The notes under the pieces: model-generated
The model's database searches: none
Told to the model about the DNA's origin: nothing
The model's input: only the letters and a program-made list of their open reading frames with translations
Shown here: piece after piece, positions 12,726-25,996 of the stretch
Layout of the letters: each line of letters begins with the position of its first letter
Numbering within the stretch: the stretch's first letter is position 1
Position numbers and translations under genes: made by a program
NCBI RefSeq assembly: GCF_018350175.1
Contig: NC_058374.1
Span: 48,608,001-48,672,000, forward strand
Length of the DNA stretch: 64,000 nt
Source of the DNA: Felis catus
Lineage: Eukaryota
Direction: 5' to 3'

Positions 12726-12935
12726 CTATGAAGAAAATTTTACAGTTACCACGTTAATAATGAGAAGATATTTATTTCCTCTCTTCAAACATTTTTAAGG
12801 GATTTCTTCACATTTAATCAGGCGGGGCACCACTTACATTCACATTGCCTTTCATTTCCACTACAATAATTTTGGCACTGGATAGTCAAAAGGTACTTTT
12901 AATAATGCTATCTGATGATGCTACCGCTTCCTTAC

Positions 12936-13069
12936 CCATAGGCTGAGGTCTTTTTAAGGATGGAGGGTGGCTGGGCACCAGGAAGTGGAATGTCCTGGAT
13001 CAGAATGTTGGAAGGAGCGTGCGGCATATCTGGCAAGGGAATACTCTCCACTTCTACGTGCTGAGCATT
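12936..13069 (-). CDS. WBP11: WBP11 exon 6
   Basis: cag|AAT ... GG|gtaagg; NAQHVEVESIPLPDMPHAPSNILIQDIPLPGAQPPSILKKTSAY; 134 nt. Confidence 0.95.
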
Positions 13070-13589
13070 CTGAAACAAAATTTTTCAATGGTATGATAAG
13101 AGCAAGCCACAAACTCACCACTAAAAATTAACCACCTGCTGCTTCATAAACTGGATTTGCTTTCCACTTAACGTAAAGTATCAGGAAAAAATATCAATAC
13201 CAGTATTTGTCAATATTTCCAAAACCTGTCAATGAATGGAAAAAAAATCCTTATCACCTCTAAAAGAGACAAACTCTGCTGCTCTTCTCCCTCCTATCAT
13301 CAACTTATCCTTTTGGGTTATGGTTTGAAATAGCTGTTTATGGAAATCCAACTATTAAAAGTATCTAGCACCAAAGCCACCCTTTTAAATGTTCTGGATG
13401 ATAAATAGCACTTACCAATTAACTTAGAAATAGCATATAACCCGTGGAAGAGCTTGGGTTTCTAAAGTTAGTCTGCCTTCGTTGAATTTCTGCTACACAC
13501 TAGCTGTGTGACTAAGCAAAGTTACTTTAGTTTCCTTATCTATAAAGCAGGACCGATACTACCTACTTTATAACAACTATATCATTTTT

Positions 13590-14045
13590 TTTTACATTTT
13601 TGAAACAGAATTCACAGTGAAATGTATAAATTGTTTTGACAAATGCATATAGTTCATATTCCTGTCGATCCCTAACAATATCCCACAGCAACCACTGTTA
13701 TAAATTTTTTCATCCACAGATTAGTTTTGCCTATTCTAGAATGTCATACAAATGGAATAACTATGAAAAGAAGTTCAACATGTTTTGACACATATCCATG
13801 AAAAAATTTTTTTATCCCATGTGGTTTTGAGTATCAGTAGGTCATTCTTTATTGCTGAGTACATTCAATTTTATAAATATACTAGTTTGTTTATCCATTA
13901 TCCTATTAATGGACATGTGGGCTATTTCCAGTTGTTGGCTATTACTGTGTTGGCAGATGGATTAATTTCTCTTGTGTAAATATGTAGCATTAGATTTGCT
14001 GGCTCATGGAGAAGGTGTATGTTTAGTTTGACAAGAAATTGCCAA
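13590..14045 (-). mobile_element. Old L1M 3' fragment
   Basis: Typical L1 3' antisense text (ttattgctgagtacattc; ggacatgtgggctatttccag). Confidence 0.7.
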
Positions 14046-14257
14046 GGGGCACCTGGGTGATTCAGTCGGTTAAGTGCCTGACTCCAGCTCAGGTCATGAT
14101 CTCATGGTTCGTGAGTTCGAGTCCCACACCCGGCTCTGTGCTGACAGCTCAGAACCTGGAGGCTGCTTTGGATTGTTTGTCTCCCTCTCTCTCTCTGCCC
14201 CTCCCTGGCTGTGCTCTCTCTCCCAAGAATAAATAAACATTAAAAAAAAAAAAAAAC
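14046..14257 (+). mobile_element. CanSINE in WBP11 intron 5
   Basis: Head ggggcacctgggtgattcag, CT tract, A-tail. Confidence 0.93.
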
Positions 14258-14332
14258 TGTCAAGAGGAAGAATACGACCAATTCTCACACTGTCAATTTT
14301 AAGAGCAAATCTAAAAACATTTTAGTTTCTCT

Positions 14333-14512
14333 NNNNNNNNNNNNNNNNNNNNNNNNNNNNNNNNNNNNNNNNNNNNNNNNNNNNNNNNNNNNNNNNNNNN
14401 NNNNNNNNNNNNNNNNNNNNNNNNNNNNNNNNNNNNNNNNNNNNNNNNNNNNNNNNNNNNNNNNNNNNNNNNNNNNNNNNNNNNNNNNNNNNNNNNNNNN
14501 NNNNNNNNNNNN
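14333..14512. other. Assembly gap (180 N)
   Basis: N run. Confidence 1.
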
Positions 14513-14546
14513 TCATTTAACTGTGGTTGCTGCACTGGGTTAAACT
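14350..14546 (-). CDS. WBP11: WBP11 exon 5 (only the first 34 nt visible; end inferred inside the gap)
   Basis: ctctcag|AGTTTAACCCAGTGCAGCAACCACAGTTAAATGA = (E)FNPVQQPQLN; 197-nt size inferred from the recalled human protein. Confidence 0.8.
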
Positions 14547-16269
14547 CTGAGAGAAAAGAGTAGATATTCAAATTAAACACAAAAACTTGTTTCATTTAGG
14601 TTATCAACTAACTATATAATTTAATATAATCTCCCTATATGCTAAAACTTTTAAAAGGGACCTAGACCAAGTATATACTTCTAAAATTTACTATAAAGTG
14701 CAACAGACATTTGTTGAAATTCCACCCTTTTAAGATAGCCATTAATTTTACTTTCTTTTATAAAAACAGCACCTAATTGATTTCATCATCACTGTAATAA
14801 AAATCGATTTTCATTCCCTTACGCTAACAACTTGCTATATAGTGAGACTTCAGTCAGACCTGACTCTGTCCTTTAATTCTGAGATCCTGGGCACTTTACT
14901 TGAATTCTATGGTCTTTAACGTCTTCATCTGGAAAATGGGGACATCACCTACTTTACAACAAAGTCTGATGACTTAATGGGATCACAAATAAAATATCCA
15001 GTAGTGTCTACCTCCCCACTTACTTATTTTTATAGTGGACTGGTGTCTAGTTACCATACAATCCTTTCTCTTTCCATGTGTTCAACATAGGGCTTCATTT
15101 CAAGTCTTCTGCCCCAAGAGGGATTATCAGCACAAGACTCCCAGGCTTGCCTGGTCAATTATACCTGCCTCCCTCCACTCCCCCTGCCAGTGACTGACTC
15201 AGAGATCAAATGGCACATGATCCAAACTGAAACTAGATACTTCTCTGAGATTTTAAATGTGGATGTGGAGATTTTAAGTGTGGATCCCTCATAGGAGGGA
15301 TAAAATAAACCTAAAGCTGTGACCTTGTGTCCCACTAATTCCACACACACATATCTCACCTTCCATCCCAAGAAGTTCATTAGCAATATACTGAATGAGG
15401 CTAACAAGAGAGTAGACCAGACAGACACATGAGAGCTTCCCTCTGGGATTTACCAACTATGGGAGTCAATGTACATATTTTTTCTGCCTACACTAGTTTA
15501 TACTGAGTTTTATAAACTGTGTTAAGTTTTATAAATTGTAATTAGAGCCCTGATCAACAGTGTTCCCTTCTTTTTTTACAGATAGCAAGTTTAATTATCT
15601 TCTTCCCTAAATCCTATTAACCTTGGTGATTTATTTGGAAGATACAGTCTTACATCACACACTATTCTTAGTGTGATTAATACAAGTGTTGAATGCCTGA
15701 GTTTTAATCCCAGCTTGCCACTTCCTAACAGCACAACCTTGAGTAAAGTATGTGCCTGAGTTTCCTCACTCATACAACAGGTGGAACACACCTACCCAAA
15801 AGCTGTTGCAAGGGTTAAATAACATCTGGAAAAAAATTGGTAAATAGCAAGATAAGAACTCAATAAACCTCAATTGAGACTATTATCTCCTTTAAAACCA
15901 CAAAAATCATTGAAGTCATGTTAATAGGTAATGTCTTGACATCTCAGGGACAGCAATTGTCCATGGTAATATTTAACGCAGAGGCAACAAGTGGGATCAG
16001 TTACACGTGAACTGGGAAACATCTGGGATACGCAATCTGACCCAGAACTCTTGCCCCAGCTAAATGCACAAGATTTGCCACATTATTTAACAAAACTTCT
16101 AATACCATAATCCCACATAACTGGATTTTAAAAATTCATTTAATGTATTGTTGAGACCCACTGTACCTCTTTTGCTTACTATCTGAGTTTTGGCAAACCA
16201 CTAAAACTGGGAACCTTTGCTAACAAAACTTGGAAAAATCATTTCATTATGCAATTAAAAAAAAAAAAG

Positions 16270-16745
16270 GTAGAAGCAAATGTCCATGAACAAATAAATG
16301 GATAAAGATGTGGTATATACATACAATGGAGTATTACTCAGCAATCAAAAAGAATGAAACCTTGCCATTTGCAACAACGTGGATGGAACCAGAGTATATT
16401 ATGCTACGTGAAATCAGAGAAAGACAAATATCCTATGACTTCACTCACATGTGGAATTTATGATACAAAACAGATGAAGGGAAGCAAAAATCACACAAAA
16501 ATAGGGAGGGGGACAAAACATAAGAGACTCTTAAATACTGAGAACAAATGGAGGGTTGCTGGATGGGGTGTAGGTGGGGTGATGGGCTAAGTGGGCAAGG
16601 GGCATAAAGGAGGACACTTGTTGGGATGAGCACTGGGTGTTATACACAGAGGGATGAATCACTGGCTTCTACTCCTAAACTCATTAATGCACTATATGCT
16701 AACTTGGATGTAAATTAAAAAAAATAAAAATTAAATTAAAAAAAG
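16270..16745 (+). mobile_element. Carnivore L1 3' end (5'-truncated)
   Basis: ORF2 C-terminal text (gaaaccttgccatttgcaacaacgtggatggaa), 3' UTR and A-rich tail. Confidence 0.9.
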
Positions 16746-17453
16746 GTAAAGGAGGCAGAAAAATAAAAAATCCCATGTTCTGAATGGATCTTTGTGGGTT
16801 GGGATAAAATTTCCAGTGGTAGCATCACACAGACAATTCTCAAGCAACTTTGATTCAAGGAAAGATAACAAGTTATTTGTATGATTCTAGTTATAAAAAA
16901 ACTTGTGACACTGAAGATGCATATGAAGAAACTGAGTAAAATTACTCAAAGAAATGTGAAAAAAGGGAGAAATCCTAATACGATATTCTATAAAATTAGA
17001 TTTTAAGTATTTGATGACTTCTACCACCTTACTAAGTGGGTCAAGTGTCTGATCTTCTCATTGGGAAAAATGGGAAACTGATAAATTCATGGTGGGATAA
17101 TACTTAGATGTACGTTGTAGTTGCCAAAATTAAAAACCAAAACAAACAAAAACCTCCAGAATTCAGTCTTGTCTGGAAAAAACAGGCTTTCATTTTTGAA
17201 CTGGTCAAAACAGGCTTTCATTGCTTCAATAACAATTAGTTCAAGCTAAATAAATGGGATTCATCTTACACTAGGTAAGATCTTCAGTGTGCAAATCGCT
17301 CCCTACCCCTCCATTTTAGTCTTCCTGATACTAAAACTAAGCCTAACTGTCAAATGTCATCATGCGTTTGTTTTACTCAGGCCTGTGCTGCTCTCCTCAT
17401 TACCTGCTTGCCTGCCTCCATGTATAAGACTGTTATACCTGCTATGAAATCTA

Positions 17454-17585
17454 NNNNNNNNNNNNNNNNNNNNNNNNNNNNNNNNNNNNNNNNNNNNNNN
17501 NNNNNNNNNNNNNNNNNNNNNNNNNNNNNNNNNNNNNNNNNNNNNNNNNNNNNNNNNNNNNNNNNNNNNNNNNNNNNNNNNNNNN
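17454..17585 (-). other. WBP11: Assembly gap (132 N), inferred to contain the 94-nt WBP11 exon 4
   Basis: Expected peptide NKKQRMMVRAAVLKMKDPK... not seen elsewhere between exons 3 and 5; frame and length arithmetic need 94 nt. Confidence 0.75.
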
Positions 17586-18401
17586 ACTATGTCAAGGAAC
17601 TGGACACCCATATGAGTTTTTATTTCCATTTGCATCAAGAATCTGAATCTATTTGAAATGAAGCCAAACTTCTCCTCGGTTTCTGATCTCGTTTCAACCA
17701 CCACAACCAAAGCTATGTAATTTTTTGCTCTCAAATATTTCAACTTTAGACAAAAAGATAAATGACCATTACTATGTGTGCTTTCTTAGGCAAGTATTTC
17801 CTTCAATTTTGTGAGGTCTTTAGCAATTACTTAAAAAAAATCTTAGTTTTTTTAAGCTTAATTCTAAAACTATATATTAGAGAAAAGTTTTGCAGATTTG
17901 ATACTGAACAATGAACTAAGAAAACCCCATTAAAAGCTATTAAAAATCTGCATTCTCTCAATGTGTTAAGGCATGATACTATAAATACTTTTTTATTCTG
18001 GGAAAACACTTCGCCAGAAACTCGACAGCTACAAAATGAAAAAAAGGAACCCACAAAACTATTCAGAACCATATTTATTTCCATTCACTAATTCAGTAGC
18101 TTTTAACAGAGCAATATGCCTTAATAGCAAAAAGAAATTCCTTTCAAAGATATTTAACTCACTGGGAAAGATAATCAAATAGACAATGTTACAATAACTC
18201 CTCATGAGCTTAACTGCAAAGTTTTTTCAGTTCTGTTTCCAAATATGGTATTTTGGCTTAGTAATTTTATGGTCTGTTAGAAGCAGTATGAAGTATCTTC
18301 CCTGACAAATAATTGTAAATATTGTTTTGAAATCCAGTAATCCCAAATAGTAAGATGTGCCAAACACCACTATGGCTCATAGGATGCTTCTGAAATCGTA
18401 C

Positions 18402-18433
18402 CTTCTTTAATTCTCTCTTCCGGGCTTCTTTTC
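18402..18433 (-). CDS. WBP11: WBP11 exon 3 (32 nt)
   Basis: aag|GA AAA GAA GCC CGG AAG AGA GAA TTA AAG AAG|gtacga = (R)KEARKRELKK. Confidence 0.93.
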
Positions 18434-18466
18434 CTTTAGAGACAGAGAAAACATAAAACTTTCAAA

Positions 18467-18620
18467 TCTTGAACACTAACATTTTCTCCAACTTAATACA
18501 GATTAATTCTTATTGTGGGAGGTTGTCCTATGCACTCCAGAATATTTAGGAGCATTTGTGGGCTCTACCCATTAGATGCCAACAGCACCCTTTAATTATG
18601 TCAACCAAAAATGTCCTGAC
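18467..18620 (+). mobile_element. MER20-like hAT DNA transposon fragment
   Basis: ttgtcctatgcactccagaatatttaggagc...ctctacccattagatgccaacagcacc. Confidence 0.7.
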
Positions 18621-18919
18621 AAGTTTTTAAGCTTCTTAAAAAGTAACTATGAATCTGAAAGAAAAAGATGTCACTCTCTCTGCCCTTTCCCCCAATCATG
18701 CACACACTCTCTCAAAATAAATAAATAAACTTAAAAAAATATGGGTACTAATTTTTTTGCATGTTTAAAGTTTTCATCATGTACTCCCAAGAACACTGGA
18801 TAACTTCATACAACTGACTCCTAGCACAGCTGGTTTTATAATTAAGGCATATTAGATTCTCTAATGTTTGCAATTTTATCACTCCTCTTCTTTATCATTC
18901 CATACTAATGGACACTTAC

Positions 18920-18983
18920 GGGCTTGGTCTGTAGGGTTCATAAATTTTCCACTCTTGGTGGATGATGTAGATCTCCGTCCCAT
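18920..18983 (-). CDS. WBP11: WBP11 exon 2 coding part with start codon (exon begins at about 19051)
   Basis: aacATGG; MGRRSTSSTKSGKFMNPTDQA(R); donor C|gtaagt; acceptor tttgcag|G at 19051. Confidence 0.96.
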
Positions 18984-19792
18984 GTTGACAACTTGTATGA
19001 TTTACTTGTTCATAAAAAAAAAAAAAAAAAAAACACAACAAAACCAAAAACCTGCAAAGACAAAGAAATAGCTTATTTTTCCTCTATTTACAAAGTGTCT
19101 TCCATTTTATGTTACAAAACTTCTACCAATCTCTTGAAAAGAAACATTGCTTTGATTATTAACTTTTTAAAATGGATCACAACAGACCGACTCTGTCAAC
19201 TGAAAAGAATCAGAATATGCTTTGACAATATGGGGACAAATCATGCCTACGAAAAACCATTAGATCTTTTCCTCCACCCTTGGTTTCTATTTAGGGTGAA
19301 AGGGGAATCAAAAGAGAATGGTGGTAATAATGTGAGTTCAAAAAAACAGATAGCTCATTCTTGTCTCTCTCCATGGTTTTTCTTGTCATGTATTCCCAAC
19401 ATCTTTAAGACAGTAAAAACTCATTAATTTAAGGCTATTTTATTCAGATTTCATTCTAATTCAGATAGAATTCTTGACTCTCAAGAGCTTAAAACATAAC
19501 TAAAGGTGCAAATATTAAAAATGAAAAGTATTATATGAAGGAGTGTCCAAGAATGTCAAGACACACATTTTTACTAGCACCCACTTGATTCCTGATTTGT
19601 GCTTTTTAAGATAACTGAAAGGGATGATCGTGCTTGAGAGAAAATATTTTGCAAGTCAAGATTTTTACTAATCTGAGACATTATTATATTACTTCTTTCT
19701 CGTTCCAATTAAGGGTTAACTTTTTAATGCTTACCCTTCCCAATAATAAAGTTGACAAATTTACTTTCTTTTGAAAGTAGACTTTTATTTAT

Positions 19793-19825
19793 CTTTTTAA
19801 ATTTTTTTTTACACATTTCTTTCTT

Positions 19826-19869
<44 letters not shown>

Positions 19870-20035
19870 CGCGCGCGCGCAAGCAGGGGAGGGGCAGAGA
19901 GAGGGAGACACAGAATCCGAAGCAGGTTCCAGGCTGTCAGCACAGAGCCCGACGCGGGGTTCGAACCCTCAAACCGTGAGATCGTGACCTGAGCCGAAGT
20001 CGGACTCTTAACCGACTGAGCCACCCAGGCACCCC
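19793..20035 (-). mobile_element. Young CanSINE in WBP11 intron 1 with expanded (GA)n and (CG)n
   Basis: 16-bp TSD tgaaagtagactttta (19772-19787, 20036-20051). Confidence 0.95.
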
Positions 20036-20559
20036 TGAAAGTAGACTTTTAAAGGGTGGGAAAGGGAAGATCATGAGATAAAATTTTTAGTAGCCTATAC
20101 AAGTAATTATACCTCCCCTTCTTCCTCGTATGAAGATTTTGTCAAGAAAAGTTCACTAGTTAATGCCTCTTTCAGCAAGTGTTCAAATGCCTTGATTTCT
20201 GCTAAATGCTTCAAAGCTTTTCCAGTGGCAACTAATTCACCCTGCGCAGGATTTCCTTCACAGAAAAAACTGGGAGTCGGGGAGAAAGGAGGTGGGAACA
20301 AGCAACATTAGCAGAAATATAGGCTCCCCTAATCTTTGATGACTTGTATCTTTTTTGCTATTTTCTCAATTACCCTCAGGCTCCTGTTTTGACCTTCCTC
20401 TCCCGCAACTGTAACAAAGAACAGATACTAATTACAGAGGATTTCTACAGAAGACCATGGAGCCTTAGTCTGCACGAACTACTTTTGGTTTAAAAGCAGA
20501 AACGACAGGGAAACTGGGCCACAAAACCCTGGGGAAACTAAATTTAACCGAAGAGGCAG

Positions 20560-21400
20560 CAGTGGGACGGAGCCCAGTTTACCAAGGGAAGCAACAGCAG
20601 CAGCAACTGCCGAAACCATAGCGACGGTTGACCCTGACTCGAGGTACAAGAAGACGTCAAATCTAAAGCGGCCGGTCAACGAGCACAGGCAGGAGGTGGC
20701 GCTAACTGACTCGGGTGAACAGCTGCTGAAACGCTGGAAGCCGCACCGCCCTTGGCTCGAAGATCCCCCGGTCCGCGACCCGGGAGACCCAACCGCGGAG
20801 AGGAAGAGCGGAGCTGACGGGCCTGGTGTCCCCGAGGCAAACGCGCGGGCCCGGAGAAGGGTCGGGAGAGATGAAGGAACGGAGTGGAACAATCCTGCAC
20901 ACTCACAATTCTGCTGGGTTCCTGGGACTGCAGGAAGCGGGCATGGGACGATTCTTGGCCTCTTTTACCTCGTAGGGGCCTTCACCTCTGCCTCCCGGTC
21001 AGCAACCCTGCCACCGCCATCTTGAAACCTCGCGCCCCTCCGCCATCCTTACGTCACTTCCTATCCCTATTGCCGAAGATCTTAGCGTTTCTCCGCCCTG
21101 GTACCATAGAGAGGAACCAAGAACTCCCGGACCAGAGTCTTCTTCCGCTCCGGATTAATACCGAATTGGTTGACTTTCTGGTAAGAGCCCGCCCCCCATT
21201 TGGCAGAACCACGTTAATTGACACTTCTTTAGACCAATAGAAATAAGGAAAGCGAAGCAAGTTGGCTAGGTGATTGGCTGATGAGAAGACTACTTTCCCT
21301 CTAGGACCGAGACATTCTGACTTAATTTCCGGGGTCTCCGTCACGTTGGGTTGGACGGGACGATTCCAGTTAGCTGTTTTGCGGTGTTTCTTTTGGCCAG
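20560..21400. promoter_or_regulatory. CpG-island bidirectional promoter for WBP11 and C12orf60
   Basis: High GC and CpG; YY1 motif CCGCCATCTT 21014-21023; ETS-CRE-like ACGTCACTTCCT 21051-21062; CCAAT boxes 21165, 21234, 21273; ZNF143-like ACTACTTTCCC 21289-21299. Confidence 0.85.
20969..21090 (-). other. WBP11: WBP11 non-coding exon 1 (5' end approximate)
   Basis: Donor GAG|gtaaaa at 20969/20968 inside the CpG island. Confidence 0.7.
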
Positions 21401-23446
21401 AATTATATTAGTTTTTGGATTTTGGATTTTTTCGTGATGTAAGCGCGTGCTGTCTCTTTTGGTTGTGTCTGTTTGAGAGCGGGCCCCCAAATTGCACTTG
21501 GTACTGTGTTTGTTGCTCTTTGCTAGCGTCATCCGTCTGGAAATTTTATAGGCACACAGAACATTTTGTAGATTTGAGCAAGTTAGTGCCCGTTTTAGAG
21601 TTCCAGATTGTTCATCTACGATAAATTAATCTACTACAGTAATCTACAATAAGTTTTTGAGGAGGAAATGTGGAGATACGTCTGCAATTTTAAATCTAGA
21701 AGTGGCGAGGTTGATTTATGTTGGCTCCTTTCCCTTTTGGTCTTTTCACCATCTAGAAGTCCTTTATGATGTCATTATACCTATATACGGATTTTCACTT
21801 AGGTCTAGTCTTTCATCCTTCCCTGCTATCTGCGGTTTGTCTGACACTCCTCCCCCTTTCCCCTTAAAGGTAAGCTCAAATATTTAAAAATTTTACTTTT
21901 AAAAGACTCCCTTGGTTATTTCTGATTTTAATATCCCTTAATAGGAAAATATTTTAGATATAGTTCTTACTATCAATTATTGTAAATACTCCAACATTGA
22001 AGGAGATACATACTAATTTTAGCAGCAGAATATTTAAATGTGCACTTAAGCATTTAAGATCGGTTCCTTACCTAAACTATCCTTTGTTTTAGAAATTTTC
22101 CCGGTTTGGTTTTGGACCGAATTTTGAGTCCCAGAAAGCATTAACAAGGTATTGTAGTTTAGAACTTGTAAGTTAGGTAATAAAAAAATAAGCTTTAATT
22201 TTGAATGTGAACAAATTTAGTTTGCAACTAAGTTTAAGAAGCAGTGACAGAAGAGAAAATGAGTACATTTTGAAACATTAAAGTATTTCATCTAGCTTTT
22301 TAATTTTGGGGACATGATGAGATTTTAAAATCTCAAGACATTTCTTTTATGCAAAAAATAAACTGTAACAAACACATTCTTGCATCAACAACTTATTAAT
22401 AATTTTGTGACTAGAACCTAAGAGTCTCAATGGGTAGTTATTGGCGAAAAAACACTTGTGTCTGTAGAAATTAACTGAACCATTAGGCCTCAACCTCTGG
22501 ATTTTTCTGAAATCAGGTAATTAATGAAATGGGCCACCTAACGTTTTATGTAGCAGAGGTAGCTTCCATTCTGATAGTATTGAAAATGAAATTTCATTTT
22601 TCTGAAAACTCAGGGTAATAAAAATTATGACTCTCCTTTAAATGACAAAGTGACAAATTCTTAAGAGAGTAACAGCTTCCTCCCCTGCATCCTAAATGCA
22701 TGTTATGTAAGTGTAGCTGGGGTTTACATGTTTTCTTTTTAAATGTTCCAGAGGGTTCACACGTTCACATGAGGGATAATTTAATCATCACACCACAGTT
22801 GGTCAGGGTTGATTGCCATTATAGAAACAGAGCCTTTATCTTTTTAGTTTTAACTTTTATCTTTTAAAAAATCCATCCAGGTTATAGCGTGTGATTAGTA
22901 GAAGGTAAAGAACCATTGTGTTCTTTCATGATTGGATTGTTGCAAAACCATATTTCAGTCTCTTCCAGTTTATAGACAATTGGATTTAACCTGATGAACA
23001 AAATTATGGTTGCATTTCTATTTCATTCAAAGGTCACAGTTTGTCTAGGCAGCAGTTACCAAGTACATCGCCTTAGAACTAAATGATGTCTGAAGCTAGT
23101 AGTAGAAACAAAAGTCAGTGTAAATTTTAAAGATTTGAGGAATTAGAAAAGGAAAAGGTAACCCTTACACCTGCTCTCCTACAGTAGCATTAAACCTAAT
23201 GTTGATCTGGTACAGCAGTGTAAGAAGGTATCCTGGGATATAATTTTACCCCACAGGGTCTAGCACCAGCTGATTTAGGCATTCATTGTTGATACAAAAC
23301 TCTAGAGGCATCTAGTTTCAGCATCTCTAAACCATCTTTCCACGTTGTTAACTGTATTTATGTCCATGTTGGAAACGTACAGAAAATGAACCTAATCAAA
23401 GAAGCAGAACACTGTTGTTGAGAAGCAGAAGTGGCACAGTGGCTGT

Positions 23447-24127
<681 letters not shown>

Positions 24128-24942
24128 TCAAATATAACTTCTGAAAAATAAAGTAGTAAATATTCACTAAAACTTTTGAAAAATAGCTGCTGTCTGCATA
24201 CATTTGACCAGGAAATCTTATACTGTATGAATAGAAAAATAGCACTGTGCTGTCTAAGGAATTCCTTAGAAAATTCAACAGGTTCTTCAAAACAATTAGT
24301 TTTATGAAACTTAGAGTCAGTGGATGGAAATGTGGGTAACAGAATGCAACCTGTTGGTGCATTAATTAGGGCACTAGCTTTTTGTGGTGGAGAGAAATCC
24401 TAGATAGGAAACATTTGTGTTTATCAAGTATCTTATTTGACAAATGTGATTATTTCCAAGTAATATTTAATAGCATTTGACATACTGTGTAGTTAGCCCT
24501 TGGTTTCCAGTGCTCCTTAATTTTCCCAAGCCCTAGTCACCTACCAGATTGATTTCTTTAATATTTGGAGTTAAGTTACTAGGGCCAGAAGAATAGTAAG
24601 ATCTGAGTTTACAGGGCTATTAATATTTGATTTTGTTTGTATACTGTTACTTTATACTATTCAAGTCACTCTGTATGTCCTTACAGGCAATTATTTGGTC
24701 TCTAAACGCAGGGGCCATCCAAAGGCAACACAGATGTAACATTAGAATCTTTACACAAAATTTTCACAATAAGAGCACATATTCAAAATTCTTTAGATTA
24801 AAATCTCCCTTGGGGAGAAAGCGTTCATGGTGCCGGACACAGTGTAGTTATGACTACCTCTGTAGTGTCCATTTGTAAATCTTGTAAGTTATTTAGACTG
24901 GTCTGTAGTGCACTTGGGCACTATTAAGTTTAGCTAGAGGGA

Positions 24943-25355
24943 GGGGCGCCTGGGTGGCTCAGTTGGTTGGGTAACCGACTTTGGCTCAGGTCATGATCTC
25001 ACAGTTTGTGAGTTCGAGCCCCGCGTCAGGCTCTGTGCTGACAGCTCAGATCCTGCAGCCTATTTCAGATTCTGTGTCTCCCCCTCTCTCTACCCCTCCC
25101 CTGCTCACGCTCTGTGTCTCTCTGTCTTTCAATAATAAATGTTAAAAAAAAAATTAAAAAAAAAGACTAGCTAGAGGGATGCCTGGGTGCCTCAGCCAGT
25201 TAAACGTCTTACTCTTCATTTCGGCTCAGGTCATGATCTCAGTTTGTGATATTGAGCCCTGTGTGGCCTCCACGCTGACAGCATGGGGCCTGCTTGGAAT
25301 TCTCACTTTCCTTTTCCCTGCTTTCTCGCTGTCTTTCTCCTTCTCTCTCTCTCTC

Positions 25356-25382
<27 letters not shown>
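24943..25382 (+). mobile_element. Two tandem CanSINEs (24943-25164, 25176-25382)
   Basis: Two heads and tails; repeated tagctagaggga target. Confidence 0.9.
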
Positions 25383-25386
<4 letters not shown>

Positions 25387-25996
25387 TAGCCTCAGTAAGA
25401 AGACAATACCATTTCGTGAAGGTAGTAAGGAATGAGTAGCAAGAACGCACCATCAAATAAATAAAATGAATCTGGTAGGAGCCTCCTTGTGTTTGTACTT
25501 CTGGTTCAGGGTACTATGTAGAGAAAAAACGAACAATCACGTTCTGAGTTTATTTGGGTGAAAAAGTTTGAGTCCTGTAAGAACAATGTTACTCCATATG
25601 CATTTGAATAGGCTTACTATGTGCTTGGCCAGTCTATTTTTAGTTTAAAATTCTCTTGGGAGAAAAGAGAAAATGAAATCTGTATGGGGTCTGGCACATT
25701 CTGTCTTGAGTAAACAACATCCTGAGGAATTCAGGCCCTATCTATTCTGGGACCATGGGTCTTGGCCTAGATATGAGGAACCTCACAAGCATGGAATGAA
25801 GGAATGGAGATACTTTTTTCTCAAGAAAATAAATATGAAAATAACCTATTCTCCAAGTCATAAAGATACCATTTGACAATGGAAAGGGGTACACTTTTTA
25901 AAAATGGATAGGGAACATAATTATTTATGCTTTTAAATTTAGAAAAAAAATGTCTCAATACCCCTGATAGCATAAATTATCATGGCAAAAAATTCA

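Noticed and set aside
14333-17585. WBP11 as a pseudogene or exon-deleted allele
   Set aside because: Missing coding sequence coincides with N-gaps of suitable size; all visible exons and splice sites are intact
20479-21344. Several 66-137 aa ORFs in the CpG island
   Set aside because: Expected from stop-codon scarcity in GC-rich promoter DNA; non-ATG starts and no homology
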